Source of the DNA: an uncultured Methanosarcinales archaeon
GTDB taxonomy: Archaea; Nanobdellota; Nanobdellia; Woesearchaeales; JACPBV01
Reading direction: 5' to 3'
Assembly (NCBI GenBank): GCA_964577685.1
Contig: CAZNZT010000005.1
Coordinates: 4,185 to 68,184 of the forward strand
DNA: 64,000 bases
Shown: positions 46,570-57,182 of the stretch, one piece after another
Position numbering within the stretch: position 1 is the first letter of the stretch
Layout of the letters: each line of letters starts with the position of its first letter
Program-made: the position numbers and the translations under genes
Notes under the pieces: model-generated
Told to the model about the DNA's origin: nothing
What the model saw: the letters and a program-made list of their open reading frames with translations, nothing else
Databases searched by the model: none

Positions 46570-48795
46570 TCACGGCATCGTTGGCCATAGCGATGGTTCT
46601 TTATTGGAAGTTCCGTTTGAGGTATTTTTTGTATCTTCCATTGGTTCTGGTGTTGTTTGTGGTGAGGTTGGTTTTGTTAGATTCTTTGGTGTTGTATTAG
46701 CAAGGTTCATTGTCCCATTTTGTTGATTTTTTGATTTCAATATAATTAAGGATGTTGACCTATCAATTTGATATACATAATCTATCCTGATTTCATATTT
46801 ATGTGCCATTTTCTCTAATACGCTCTCAATGTTCTCTTTTCTTATTATTATTGGACATTCCCAGGTTTTATATGTATCTATTGGAAGCTCAATTTTGTCT
46901 ATTGCTTCTTTTTTTAAGATATAGGTTTCATTTTCTATCATGAAGTCTCCCCTACAGTTATCCTTCAGTTCTATACCTTCTGGAAGTTTTATTTGAAGTT
47001 TATTTATCTTTATTACTTCTCCTATCCATTTTGGTTTCATTGTTAATCCTATGCGACTAAATCCATTTTTATCTTTTGAGAGACCTATTGGCGGACTTGG
47101 TGTTCCGATTCCTAATTCTATTGGTCCAGGATCATATTCAGCTCTCGGGTTTCTATCTGTAATTCCTGCCTCTTTTAATGGATCTATGTTTCTTTTTCTT
47201 AGAGACCTCATCCTATCTAGGTCCATAAAATAAGTCATTATTGATGCAGAGGTTTCATAGTTAAATTTCACATTTAATGTAATTTTGTTTACTCCTGTTT
47301 TTAATTTTCCTTTTTCAAATATGCAGTCAAAGGGTATCTCTTCATATTGATATACCTCATATCCTTGCTCATTGCTTAGGTCTTCCCTTGTTATTTTTCC
47401 CTTGACATCATCAGCACTACAACTTACTGTAAGCCTTATTGGTTTGTTTAGGGCTTTTGCTTTTATTGTACCCCATAATACAACATCTTCATCTTGGTAG
47501 AAGGTTTTAGTCATTGGCTCAAACTCTGTTATATAAACACCATAAGTGGTGGTTTCGCCTGTATCCTTTTCCCTCCCTGTATAATAACCACCTGTTGCTT
47601 CATCAAGGCTTCTGATAAATGTTTTTTTAATTCCGATGGGTATTTCCTTAATTCTGGTTAAAAGATTATTAAAAAAACTTGATGCTTCATCTATCTCTTC
47701 TGGGCTTGCTTCCATTTGCGTCCTGATGGAACTCCACCCATAAGTCCCTCCCAAGAAGACAAGAATATAGGCTGATACTATTATAATGCCTAAAACCTGA
47801 GCAGATTTTATTCCCTTATATGCTCCATAAAAAACTACAAACAAGGGCCATACTGGAAATATGAATCTATTTACCAGTGAAAGAGATGGTACATATGTTC
47901 GGAGTATATTAAAGAAAAAGAAATCTATTATAAGCAATATACTTATGATGTAGTTTGATGTTTCTAAGTTATTGGTGGGGTTTACAAGGAATAACCATAT
48001 CATCATAGCAATAACTAAGTGTAGAACACTTGCAAAATCAGTACCGCCCATTGAAAGTATTGTTGATACTGTTACTATAAGAAGAACCCATGAAAAAAAA
48101 AGAGTATTGTTTTCTAACTTTGATGCAACAATGAACATAGAAACAAGAAGGGCTATTACTGGTAGAGACATGCTAAATAAGGTGTAGCCTAGAGACAGTC
48201 TTGTTGAAAGAATATTAGCTACTAACAACGAAACAAAGACAACAACAAGATAATATGCCAACTTATGCTCCTCTATAGAAAGGAATAAAAGAAGAATGAG
48301 GAATATTACAAGGCTGTATATAGGAAATAATATCCGAAGTAACATTAAAAGGTTACCAGATTTGATTAAATCAAAAAAAACTCTAAAATCTAAACCTCCA
48401 AAATGTAAATAAAATAAATCTATAAAATAAAAAAAGAGAGTTATAATAAAAAAAATCAAAAAAATCAAAAATGAAGGCGTAGCATTTTTTTCTTTTGATT
48501 TTGTAAGATTGCTTGTAACTCCAAGACCAGTACCAATACCTAATCCAGCACCTGTTGCTATTTTGGCTATTCCTTTTTTAGTAGGTTGTTCATTACTTAC
48601 TTCGTTTGATTCATCTTTTTTTGGTTCACTAGCTTCATCTTCCCCTCTAGTGTGTGGTTCATTACTTGCTTCGTTTCTTGCATCAATACTTTCCGAACCC
48701 ATAGGTGGAAGTCCTCCCTCAAATTGTTTGTCTAGAATTTCCCTAATCCTTTCAATAATTTTTTTATAGTCGGAAACATCTTCTCCGGTAGCCAT
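46570..48795 (-). CDS. Large polytopic membrane protein: acidic cytoplasmic N-terminus, about 10 TM helices, a roughly 400-aa extracytoplasmic C-terminal domain and a Thr/Pro/Asn-rich tail
   Basis: Hydrophobicity pattern read from the translation. No AglB WWDYG motif and no other recognisable catalytic motif. Confidence 0.5.
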   Translation of the reverse strand: MATGEDVSDYKKIIERIREILDKQFEGGLPPMGSESIDARNEASNEPHTRGEDEASEPKKDESNEVSNEQPTKKGIAKIATGAGLGIGTGLGVTSNLTKSKEKNATPSFLIFLIFFIITLFFYFIDLFYLHFGGLDFRVFFDLIKSGNLLMLLRILFPIYSLVIFLILLLFLSIEEHKLAYYLVVVFVSLLVANILSTRLSLGYTLFSMSLPVIALLVSMFIVASKLENNTLFFSWVLLIVTVSTILSMGGTDFASVLHLVIAMMIWLFLVNPTNNLETSNYIISILLIIDFFFFNILRTYVPSLSLVNRFIFPVWPLFVVFYGAYKGIKSAQVLGIIIVSAYILVFLGGTYGWSSIRTQMEASPEEIDEASSFFNNLLTRIKEIPIGIKKTFIRSLDEATGGYYTGREKDTGETTTYGVYITEFEPMTKTFYQDEDVVLWGTIKAKALNKPIRLTVSCSADDVKGKITREDLSNEQGYEVYQYEEIPFDCIFEKGKLKTGVNKITLNVKFNYETSASIMTYFMDLDRMRSLRKRNIDPLKEAGITDRNPRAEYDPGPIELGIGTPSPPIGLSKDKNGFSRIGLTMKPKWIGEVIKINKLQIKLPEGIELKDNCRGDFMIENETYILKKEAIDKIELPIDTYKTWECPIIIRKENIESVLEKMAHKYEIRIDYVYQIDRSTSLIILKSKNQQNGTMNLANTTPKNLTKPTSPQTTPEPMEDTKNTSNGTSNKEPSLWPTMP

Positions 48796-48820
48796 TTTAG
48801 AGTAAAAATTTGGGCTTGAG

Positions 48821-50032
48821 TCATTTCTTTTCTGCTACAGCCTCTAGGGTTATTATGTTTAGTACTGTCAATGGTTTTAGCTCTATAACATTATTTCCCT
48901 CTTCGATATAGTTATCAATCTTTTTGCTATAGTCTGCTCTGTCTTGGTCGATTCTTGGTAGATTGGCACCATTCACTTTAATGTCTGCCTTTTTTGTCTT
49001 TCCATCATCAACAAACTTTATTTTTAGAAACAAATCATACTTATCATCTCCGGTATCTAAAATCTCGCTATACAGGGTATCATTAATAGTAAAATAATAA
49101 GCATTTGTTATTATGTCCTTTGAATCAAATATGAGCTTTACCTGTTCAATAGAATAAGAGCCTTTATTTGTCCTGAAGATAACCTTGTTCTGCCCCTCTC
49201 TTAATATGCCAATGGGTATTTCCTGCCTATACAGGTCACCACAAACAGGAACAGATGAAAATATGTTCCTATTGTTAATGAATAAATCCAAGATGCCTAC
49301 ACTTCTCTCAGCGGTGCAATACGGGATAAATCTAATCTCTGCTTTTTCTAGATTTTGATACTCTGTGCTTGTTAGGGTGAATATATTTTTGCTTTCTTGT
49401 TTGCTAAGGTCTGTTATATCACCAAGAATCTTTACATTATCAAGACTATATTCATTTGTTTTCCAAAATTTAATACCAACACTAGAAACGCTGAATTCAA
49501 GGATATTATCTTCCTTCAATAGCCTTTTATCTAACCTTATAGGTTCTACATTCACAGAAGTTATTGAGTATTCATAAATAACCTGTCCATTAAGTTTTAT
49601 TGTTAAGATTCCTTTCCTTTTAGGAGCAGAAAAACTTAATAGTACATTATCTGTATTTTCTAAATCATCAATCTTAAATTCTACTATCTTAGTCTTCTTA
49701 TCAAACCACCCGTTTCTCACATAAATGGGGTTTATCCTAGCTAATATTTTTGAGTTGGTTGTTTCAAATATGTTTACATTGGGTAGAGTTTTGTCTTCTA
49801 TCCTCTGAGCTGGATCAAGTCTCCCTATTCCCTCAGACAATAACACAATTTCCTCCTCGTTTGTTGATTCACGAGAAGAAACAGAGGTCTTCTTTTCTTC
49901 TAATAGCTCTCTTCTTTCTTCTGTCGGAAGAAATAATATATATGCTATAATCAAAACAGAGATTATAGCTACTAATATAGCTGCATTTAACCCTCCTTGT
50001 GCTTTTTTATGAAAAAGTCTGTCTTTTTTCAT
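48821..50032 (-). CDS. N-terminally membrane-anchored extracytoplasmic protein (about 403 aa)
   Basis: ATG 50032 (the track's 50041 is GTG). MKKDRLFHKKAQGGLNAAILVAIISVLIIAYILFLP anchor, then a beta-rich domain. First gene of the minus-strand cluster. Confidence 0.45.
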   Translation of the reverse strand: MKKDRLFHKKAQGGLNAAILVAIISVLIIAYILFLPTEERRELLEEKKTSVSSRESTNEEEIVLLSEGIGRLDPAQRIEDKTLPNVNIFETTNSKILARINPIYVRNGWFDKKTKIVEFKIDDLENTDNVLLSFSAPKRKGILTIKLNGQVIYEYSITSVNVEPIRLDKRLLKEDNILEFSVSSVGIKFWKTNEYSLDNVKILGDITDLSKQESKNIFTLTSTEYQNLEKAEIRFIPYCTAERSVGILDLFINNRNIFSSVPVCGDLYRQEIPIGILREGQNKVIFRTNKGSYSIEQVKLIFDSKDIITNAYYFTINDTLYSEILDTGDDKYDLFLKIKFVDDGKTKKADIKVNGANLPRIDQDRADYSKKIDNYIEEGNNVIELKPLTVLNIITLEAVAEKK

Positions 50033-50113
50033 AAATATCACCTTTTAGAGTAACATCTACCTTATTCAAATAATAAATAGATTTATATATAAATGTTGTT
50101 ATTTTCGAATTGA

Positions 50114-51178
50114 ATGAAACAAATATATTTTGATAAGAAAAAAGGAAAAGCAAAACTGAAAATTGGCAATTTAGATGACCTATGGTATCTAAGTCAGATT
50201 ATTGAGAATGGTGATCTCATTGAAGGAAAAACAATAAGGAAGATAAAAATCGGAAAAGAGCAAGATAGAAAGCAAGCTATAATAAAAAAGCCTGTATTTT
50301 TAAGGATTCAAGTAGAAAAAATAGAATTCAGTAAAACATCTGATGTCCTAAGAGTTTCTGGCAAGATTGTTGAGGCACCGGATGAGATACAAAAAGGGGT
50401 TTACCATACATTTAATTTAGGGATAAATTCTACTGTAAAGATTATAAAAGAAAGATGGCTTGGATATCAAATAGATAGATTGAAAGAAGCTTGTAAAGAA
50501 AAAAAATACGAGATATTAATATGTGTAATGGATAGAGACGAAGCATATTTTGCTTTATTAAAGAAATATGGTTATGAGATTTTAACCCATATAACAGGGG
50601 ATGTCAGTAAGAAGGGATTTAAAGAGAAAATAAAAGAAAACTTCTATTTTGAAATTATTAGAAAGCTTAGTGAATACATAGACAGATATGATATAAAAAA
50701 TGTAATTTTGGCTAGTCCTGCATTCTGGAAAGAAGAGCTAATAAAAGAAATAAAAGATGAGGAACTAAAAAAGAAGATAATACTTGCTAGTTGTAATGCA
50801 ACTGGAAAAAATGGGATTAATGAGGTTCTAAGAAGACCTGAAATAAAAGAAGCTCTAAGACAAGAAAGAATAACAAAAGAGATTAGCTTAGTTGAAGAGG
50901 TATTGAAAGAGATATCAAAAAATAATCTTGCTGTTTATGGTTTAAAAGATGTAGAAAGAGCGGCGGTTGTTGGAGCAATAGAAAATTTAATACTAACTGA
51001 CACCATCATAAAGGATAAAAGAGAAGAAGGAAACTACGAAAAACTAGAGAATATTATGAAATCTGTAGAAAAAACGAAAGGAAAGGTCTTTATTATCTCC
51101 TCCGAGCACGAAGGCGGAAGAAAGTTGAATGGACTTGGAGGGATAGCAGCAATAATCAGATTTAAACTCAGTTATTAG
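50114..51178 (+). CDS. pelA: Pelota/Dom34 (aRF1-like ribosome rescue factor)
   Basis: N-terminal Sm-like domain MKQIYFDKKKGKAKLKI...DLWYLSQII, central and eRF1-like C-terminal domains. 354 aa. Confidence 0.85.
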   Translation: MKQIYFDKKKGKAKLKIGNLDDLWYLSQIIENGDLIEGKTIRKIKIGKEQDRKQAIIKKPVFLRIQVEKIEFSKTSDVLRVSGKIVEAPDEIQKGVYHTFNLGINSTVKIIKERWLGYQIDRLKEACKEKKYEILICVMDRDEAYFALLKKYGYEILTHITGDVSKKGFKEKIKENFYFEIIRKLSEYIDRYDIKNVILASPAFWKEELIKEIKDEELKKKIILASCNATGKNGINEVLRRPEIKEALRQERITKEISLVEEVLKEISKNNLAVYGLKDVERAAVVGAIENLILTDTIIKDKREEGNYEKLENIMKSVEKTKGKVFIISSEHEGGRKLNGLGGIAAIIRFKLSY

Positions 51179-52842
51179 TCACCGCACTTATAAATTAGAT
51201 TAAATAAATCACTTAGATTTAGTTCTAAACCAACTACTGGGACTTCTAACCCAAAATTTGTTAAAACAACAGGTGAGATTTCCCCAATGAAGGCTATATT
51301 TTTTCCTTTAACAATGACTCTACCTACCCTCCCTGGGATAAAACTATCATGCTCAACTTCCTCAACGCTATAATCTATATTTAGCATCCTCATAATGTAG
51401 TCCAATATTTGTTTTATTTCAGTGTAATCTGCTTTCTCGTTTGCAGAAACGATAGCTATTCTTTCATATTCCTTTATCTCTTTTCCTTTTCTTACACTAA
51501 CTAAGCCTTGTTCAAAAATTCTTTGTGGATAACCTACATGTTTATTCTTTGATAGAAAATTTATCAATATTGGTAACAACCAACTTCTTACACAGCTATA
51601 AGTTTCTGACATAAAATTTTCAATCTCAATAGTGCCGAAATCTTTAATATTCATCATATCATAAAGAATCCTTTTGTTGGTTAGAACTGGACTAAAAACT
51701 TCTTGAAAATTTAGCCCTATTACTATCTCTCTTACTTTATCTATAAAGTCAACTAAATCGGAGGTTTCTCCTATTGTGTATGACCTCATAGGTAATTCTT
51801 CTATATTGTCAAATCCATACATAATACCAATGTCTTCTACAATATCACAAGGATGAAGAATATCTTTTCTGTAGGGAGGGACCTCAACTTGGAGATTATT
51901 TACTACATTATATCCAGCCATTTCTAATAATTCTTTGATTTTGGAATTATCAAGTTCTAATCCAAGAAGTCTTTTGATTTGTTCCTTTTTTATCCTGATC
52001 TTATCTTTAGAGAGGAGTGGAGTTTTAATTAATTTATTTGGATACTTAATCTCCACAGAATAAATATCAAATCCCCTTTCATAGAGAGCATAAGCCATTA
52101 TATTAGTAGCTAGAATTATTGGTTCCAATTCAGTGCCTGTCGCTTCCACAAACAAATGCTCTTCCCCTTCAACAACTTTCCCTGTAAGAGCAGAGTTAAT
52201 TATGGGAGGGAAACTTAAAACATTATTATTACTATCAATGAGGATAGGATATTTTTTGTATTGCTCTATAATCCACTTATATTCCTTTCCTTTTGGATGT
52301 TCTTCTAAAATCTCCTGTTGGGTCATTTCCTTCTTAAAATCTAAAGGAACAAATTTTATAGATTCTGGGTCTGTGGCTTTGTAGTAGATAGGGAACTCTA
52401 TTTTTTCATAAGAATAAACCCCAATAGCAACTTTTAGTCTTCTTTTTCCATAATTCTCACATAATTTTTCTTGTAGTTGAATTATTTGTTTGATAAGATA
52501 ATCATCAACCTTGTATCCCTTTGCTACAAAGGCAGAGATATAAGGCCTTACTGAGGATACAGACTTATCAACTAGTATCTTATAATCTCCATTTTTTATT
52601 TTAATTGGTGGGATTCCCTTTGTTTTTTTTAGTATTCCTTTTATTAGCCTTGCCACTCCTTCTACTGACCAAAGGTATGGTAGGTTGGTATCATCAAAGT
52701 TAACTATTACTTCATCACTTCCACTATTATAGCTCTCTAGCTCGCCCTTTCCATATTCTATTAATTTAGATAATTCCCCAATACTTAGTTTCTTTCCTAT
52801 CAAGTTGTTTAAGTCCCTTAGCGAGAATGTTATCGTTGGCAT
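51175..52842 (-). CDS. pheT: Phenylalanyl-tRNA synthetase beta subunit, archaeal type
   Basis: 555 aa, B3/4 and B5 domains plus C-terminal catalytic-like domain. Located directly downstream of pheS. Confidence 0.85.
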   Translation of the reverse strand: MPTITFSLRDLNNLIGKKLSIGELSKLIEYGKGELESYNSGSDEVIVNFDDTNLPYLWSVEGVARLIKGILKKTKGIPPIKIKNGDYKILVDKSVSSVRPYISAFVAKGYKVDDYLIKQIIQLQEKLCENYGKRRLKVAIGVYSYEKIEFPIYYKATDPESIKFVPLDFKKEMTQQEILEEHPKGKEYKWIIEQYKKYPILIDSNNNVLSFPPIINSALTGKVVEGEEHLFVEATGTELEPIILATNIMAYALYERGFDIYSVEIKYPNKLIKTPLLSKDKIRIKKEQIKRLLGLELDNSKIKELLEMAGYNVVNNLQVEVPPYRKDILHPCDIVEDIGIMYGFDNIEELPMRSYTIGETSDLVDFIDKVREIVIGLNFQEVFSPVLTNKRILYDMMNIKDFGTIEIENFMSETYSCVRSWLLPILINFLSKNKHVGYPQRIFEQGLVSVRKGKEIKEYERIAIVSANEKADYTEIKQILDYIMRMLNIDYSVEEVEHDSFIPGRVGRVIVKGKNIAFIGEISPVVLTNFGLEVPVVGLELNLSDLFNLIYKCGD

Positions 52843-52844
52843 TG

Positions 52845-54365
52845 CTATATCACCTTTTCTTCTCTTAAAAATCCTAAATCGTGTGAAAACAAGTCTCTAA
52901 TATCTGTAATCCCTAGTTTAAACATTGCAATCCTATCTATACCGATGCCCCATGCCAAGACAGGTATCTCCTTTCCCACAAGTGGTTTTACTAATTCGGG
53001 CCTGAATAGTCCAGAACCAGCTAGCTCTATCCAACCAAGTTCTGGATGTTTTGCTAACAGCTCTGCTGATGGTTCTGTAAATGGGAAATATGCTGGTTTT
53101 ATTTTTATTTGGTCTGTATTTGCAAACTCCTTAGCGAACATCTTGAGCAAACCTTTCAGATGTCTAAAATCTAGGCCCTCTTCTACGACTATTCCTTCCA
53201 CTTGATTAAAATCAACATTATGGGTTGCATCTATGACATCAGGTCTAAAGCATCTTGCAATTGCAAAGTATTTTCCTGGAATTTTGAGCTTTTTTGAAGC
53301 AAGGGTCCTAGCACTTAGTGCTGTTCCTTGTGTTCTCATAATTAATCTCCTTGTTTTTTTAATATCAAACTTATACCCCCATCCCTTGCTTATAGTTCCC
53401 TCGCCTCTTTCGTGAGAAGCTTTTACTTTTTCAATTAGATTAGTATCCACATCCCCATATTTTGGTTCTTTAATGTAATATGCAGAGTGTATATCCCTAG
53501 CAGAATGAAATTGTGGCATGAATAAAGCATCCATATTCCAGAACTCTGTTTCTACAATGGGTCCGAACATCTCCTTAAATCCTAAAGACAAAAACTTTAC
53601 TCTGACTTCATCTAGAAATCTCCGATAGTGTTGTTTTTTTCCTCCGAATATCTTAGGAACCTTGCTTTTTATATCATACCTTCTAAACTTTTTATCCCTC
53701 CAGTTATTAGATTTTAGCATTGATGGGGTTAGTCTATCTACAAGGTCTTCAATTTTGATTCCTTTTTTTAAAATTGCCCTACCAAGATCTGTAAGTTCTA
53801 TTTTTTTTATTTTTTTTATCTCAGCTTTAACAATATCTTTCCTTTTACTTAAACTTTCAAATGCAAATCTCTCTTCAGCACTGAGGTCATTGTAATCAAT
53901 TGGAAATTTTTTGTTTAAAAATTTCTCTTCAAGACTCTGTTTTTCTAATAATTTTTTTCCTTGAGGGAGGATGTTTATTATTAATTCTTTACCTTTCTTT
54001 ATTGTAATAGCATTTTTATTTCTTAAGATTCCCAAACATACATTAACTTCTTCTTTAGACAAACTCGCTTTTTTTATTATTTCTGAAATAGTTGTTTCAT
54101 CTTCAATTGCATCCAGAAATCTTCTTTCTGGCAATCCTTTTTTGAGATATTTATTCCCATTAACATTTAGGTCAATTATTTTTTTAGTATCCTCCCTTAT
54201 TTTGACAAGACCTTTATTTTCTAACCACTGTAGACCCCTCATGACTTCTACTTCCCTCAGTCCTGTTTTTTTTGCTATCTCTTGTACGGTATCTGCCTTA
54301 TCCAAAACTAGCAATACTTTTCTTTCATAGGTATGTAAGCTTTGGATTAATTTTTCTTTTTCCAT
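52845..54365 (-). CDS. pheS: Phenylalanyl-tRNA synthetase alpha subunit, archaeal type
   Basis: N-terminal wHTH repeats, class II motifs (FRPDVIDATH..., GSGLFRPE..., GIGIDRIAM). Confidence 0.85.
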   Translation of the reverse strand: MEKEKLIQSLHTYERKVLLVLDKADTVQEIAKKTGLREVEVMRGLQWLENKGLVKIREDTKKIIDLNVNGNKYLKKGLPERRFLDAIEDETTISEIIKKASLSKEEVNVCLGILRNKNAITIKKGKELIINILPQGKKLLEKQSLEEKFLNKKFPIDYNDLSAEERFAFESLSKRKDIVKAEIKKIKKIELTDLGRAILKKGIKIEDLVDRLTPSMLKSNNWRDKKFRRYDIKSKVPKIFGGKKQHYRRFLDEVRVKFLSLGFKEMFGPIVETEFWNMDALFMPQFHSARDIHSAYYIKEPKYGDVDTNLIEKVKASHERGEGTISKGWGYKFDIKKTRRLIMRTQGTALSARTLASKKLKIPGKYFAIARCFRPDVIDATHNVDFNQVEGIVVEEGLDFRHLKGLLKMFAKEFANTDQIKIKPAYFPFTEPSAELLAKHPELGWIELAGSGLFRPELVKPLVGKEIPVLAWGIGIDRIAMFKLGITDIRDLFSHDLGFLREEKVI

Positions 54366-54387
54366 TTTTGTTTGATTACTTAATTAC

Positions 54388-55197
54388 CTAATACTCTCTT
54401 GGATAACTTCCTAAAATCTTAAGGAAAAAAGATTCTTCTATTGAGCTAAGAGCTTCTTTTATTTTTTCATCCTCTTTACTTCCTTGCATATCAATAAAAA
54501 ATATATAATCGCCCAGTCTTCCCTTTGATGGTCTTGATTCAATCTTTGTTAAGTTTATATTCCTCTTAGCAAATTCTCCCAGAAGATTATAAAGCAACCC
54601 TGGTTTATCAACTTGAGGGTATATGGCGATTGATGTTCTGTCCCTGCTTGTCCTTTTAGCTTCTTTTTTACTCACAACAATAAATCTTGTAACATTAAAT
54701 TTATTATCCTGAACATCTTTTTTAATTACTTTAAGATTATAAATTTCTATTGCCTTTTCTGGTACAATCGCTCCCTTATTTTTATCTTTTTGAATAGATA
54801 TTATCTTTGCAGAAACTGCATTAGAGCTTGTTAGGATTGTCTTTATGTGTGGTAAGAACTTTCTGATGAATTTTTCACATTGGTCGTAAGTTGAAGGATG
54901 AACATAAAGTTCTTTGATTTCTGAGATTTTTCCATATCCAACGAGATTGTGTTTTATTGGCAATATTATTTCTGCAATAATGTTCAAATCAAATTCCATC
55001 AAAGCATCTAAGGTTAGACCAACAGTTCCAGAAACAGAATTTTCTAATGGAACTACCCCTTCATCTACTTCATTAACAGAAACTGATTCAAAAATATCCC
55101 ATACTGTATCTTTAAAAACAATGGTAGCATTTTTGTTTCTTTTCAATGCCGCTTCATGACTGAATGTGCCTTTGGGACCAAGGGTTGCTATTTTCAT
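54388..55197 (-). CDS. pheA: Prephenate dehydratase with C-terminal ACT domain
   Basis: MKIATLGPKGTFSHEAA PDT start, ESRPSK...YIFFIDM ACT region. No chorismate mutase domain. Confidence 0.8.
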   Translation of the reverse strand: MKIATLGPKGTFSHEAALKRNKNATIVFKDTVWDIFESVSVNEVDEGVVPLENSVSGTVGLTLDALMEFDLNIIAEIILPIKHNLVGYGKISEIKELYVHPSTYDQCEKFIRKFLPHIKTILTSSNAVSAKIISIQKDKNKGAIVPEKAIEIYNLKVIKKDVQDNKFNVTRFIVVSKKEAKRTSRDRTSIAIYPQVDKPGLLYNLLGEFAKRNINLTKIESRPSKGRLGDYIFFIDMQGSKEDEKIKEALSSIEESFFLKILGSYPREY

Positions 55198-56051
55198 TTT
55201 AATTTTCCTTTTTTGACTAATTGTTCTATTATATAATCTGAATATTCTGTAGCTTCTTGTTTGAAATCCCCCAAAAAATCTGAACCCTCATTAAAAAATT
55301 TAATGAATTCGCTTCTATTTTTTCTTTTTATTATCCCTATCAATTCCCTTGTGGATTTTATGTATTCCTCTATTGCTTTTTTATTATAAGGATTTAGCAT
55401 CTCAATATCAGCATATAGTATGGGGTCTTGGTTGAGCAATCTTCCAACCATATCCATCCTTAACTTGTAGATAGGGGAAGTATAATGCAAACTTTCTTTT
55501 ACATCTATGCCTAATTTCTTCAATGTGTGTGCTATGCAGATAGTAGAAAAGTGAGTAACACCCTGTATGATAGACATCATCTTATCATGTTTCTCAGGGG
55601 TTGTTATTCTAACTAAAGCCCCATTTTTCTCCAAAATATCTTTTATCCAAAGTAACCATTTCTTTGGCCTAGCCGGACATAGGATAACTGTTTGGTTTTT
55701 GATTGTACTAACAGAAGGACCAAAAACAGGATGTGCTCCTATTACTGCGGATTTTGAGTATTTGAGCATCGCTTTTATTGGCTCTACTTTTAGTGAAGTT
55801 AAATCCATCAATAAACCGTCTTCTTTAACTAAAGGTGCTATCTTTTTTATAACATCAATGGTGACATGAATAGGAACTGAGATAACCACAACATCGCTTT
55901 TTTTAGCACATTCTTCTATCTTCAACTTTGTTCTTCTGCTTGCTATTAGAACATGACAGTTATTTTTTTCAAAAAAATTTTTAAACCACTGACCAATTTG
56001 GCCAGTTCCTCCTATAATTCCAATAGTTATCTTCTTTTTAGTTCCATCCAT
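55194..56051 (-). CDS. tyrA: Prephenate dehydrogenase
   Basis: IGIIGGTGQIGQWF Rossmann, GAHPVFGP, HDKMMSIIQGVTHF. Confidence 0.75.
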   Translation of the reverse strand: MDGTKKKITIGIIGGTGQIGQWFKNFFEKNNCHVLIASRRTKLKIEECAKKSDVVVISVPIHVTIDVIKKIAPLVKEDGLLMDLTSLKVEPIKAMLKYSKSAVIGAHPVFGPSVSTIKNQTVILCPARPKKWLLWIKDILEKNGALVRITTPEKHDKMMSIIQGVTHFSTICIAHTLKKLGIDVKESLHYTSPIYKLRMDMVGRLLNQDPILYADIEMLNPYNKKAIEEYIKSTRELIGIIKRKNRSEFIKFFNEGSDFLGDFKQEATEYSDYIIEQLVKKGKLK

Positions 56052-57181
56052 TTTTTATCCAATTTAGCTAGGGCATCGTATGCTCTAGCAAGATATAATG
56101 CATCCAATATCGCTATTGCCATCATTGCCTCTGCAACAACATATATCCTTCCGAGTAAGGTTGGATCTCTTCTTGTTATTGGGCTTAGTCTTTCTTCTTT
56201 CATTGTCCTCATATTAATTGATGTTTGTTCTACAGAGATTGTTGGTGTTGGTTTTACAGCTATCCTAACCACAATGTCTTCACCATTTGTTATGCCTCCC
56301 AAAAATCCTCCAGCATTATTAGTCCTAAATCTTACTTTCCCATCTTCTGTTAGGTATGGTTGGTCATTATTTTCAGAACCTTTCATATTAGCCACTCTAA
56401 ATCCTGATCCAAACTCTATACCTTTAACAGCACCGATGGAACATAGTGCATGGGCGATTGTGGCATTTAGTTTATCAAATACAGGCTCACCCAAACCAGG
56501 TGGCACATTATGGGCTATTACCTCTATTATACCACCTGCTGTATCCCCTTGCTCTTTTATTTCTAGAACTTTCTTTTCCATCTCTTTAACTGCTTCTAAA
56601 TCTGGACAATTAATCTCGTTTTTTCTATAATTCTTCTTTATCTCTTCATAAGTCATCTCTTTCGCTTTAATACCCATACACTCTCTTGTGTAGGCTATTA
56701 TTTCTATCCCTTCCCTTGCTAATATGAATTTAGCAACTGCTCCACCAGCAACTCTAGCTACTGTTTCTCTCCCAGAAGCTCTGCCAGCCCCACACCAGTC
56801 TTGATATTCTCCATACTTAAGGTAGAACGGATAGGTTGCATGACCTGGTCTAAAAAGGTCTTTATATTCCCTGTATTGGTCTATATGTATTTTTTTTGTA
56901 TCAACATTATAAACTATAATCCCAAGTGGTGCTCCTGTTGTTACACCATCCTGCCCGATACCAGCAAAGATTTCACATTGGTCTGTTTCCTTTCTTGGAC
57001 TATTAAGTTTACCCACGCCAGGTCTTCTTTTATCTAATTCTTTTTGGATTATTTCTTTTGTTATCTTTAATCCTGGGGGAACACCATCTATTATTACTAC
57101 CAACCCTGAGCCTTTTCCTTTACCGTAGGATTCACCACAAGTAGTTATCCTAAATATCCTTCCAAATGTGTTTCCTAAAAT
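56027..57181 (-). CDS. aroC: Chorismate synthase; true N-terminus upstream of the first canonical start
   Basis: The track starts at TTG 57103 (MVVIIDGVPPG). The in-frame upstream open stretch 57104-57187 encodes FKILGNTFGRIFRITTCGESYGKGKGSGL, the universally conserved AroC N-terminal motif (GNxFG..FRxTTxGESHG), and contains no ATG, GTG or TTG. The codon at 57181-57179 is ATT (Ile), which would give M-L-GNTFG if read as a start and lies 1 nt after the aroA stop. Confidence 0.8.
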   Translation of the reverse strand: MLGNTFGRIFRITTCGESYGKGKGSGLVVIIDGVPPGLKITKEIIQKELDKRRPGVGKLNSPRKETDQCEIFAGIGQDGVTTGAPLGIIVYNVDTKKIHIDQYREYKDLFRPGHATYPFYLKYGEYQDWCGAGRASGRETVARVAGGAVAKFILAREGIEIIAYTRECMGIKAKEMTYEEIKKNYRKNEINCPDLEAVKEMEKKVLEIKEQGDTAGGIIEVIAHNVPPGLGEPVFDKLNATIAHALCSIGAVKGIEFGSGFRVANMKGSENNDQPYLTEDGKVRFRTNNAGGFLGGITNGEDIVVRIAVKPTPTISVEQTSINMRTMKEERLSPITRRDPTLLGRIYVVAEAMMAIAILDALYLARAYDALAKLDKKWMELKRR

Positions 57182-57182
57182 T

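Noticed and set aside
57104-57182. Apparent 80-bp intergenic spacer between aroC and aroA
   Set aside because: It is actually coding: it encodes the conserved AroC N-terminus (see the aroC finding). It is not a regulatory spacer.
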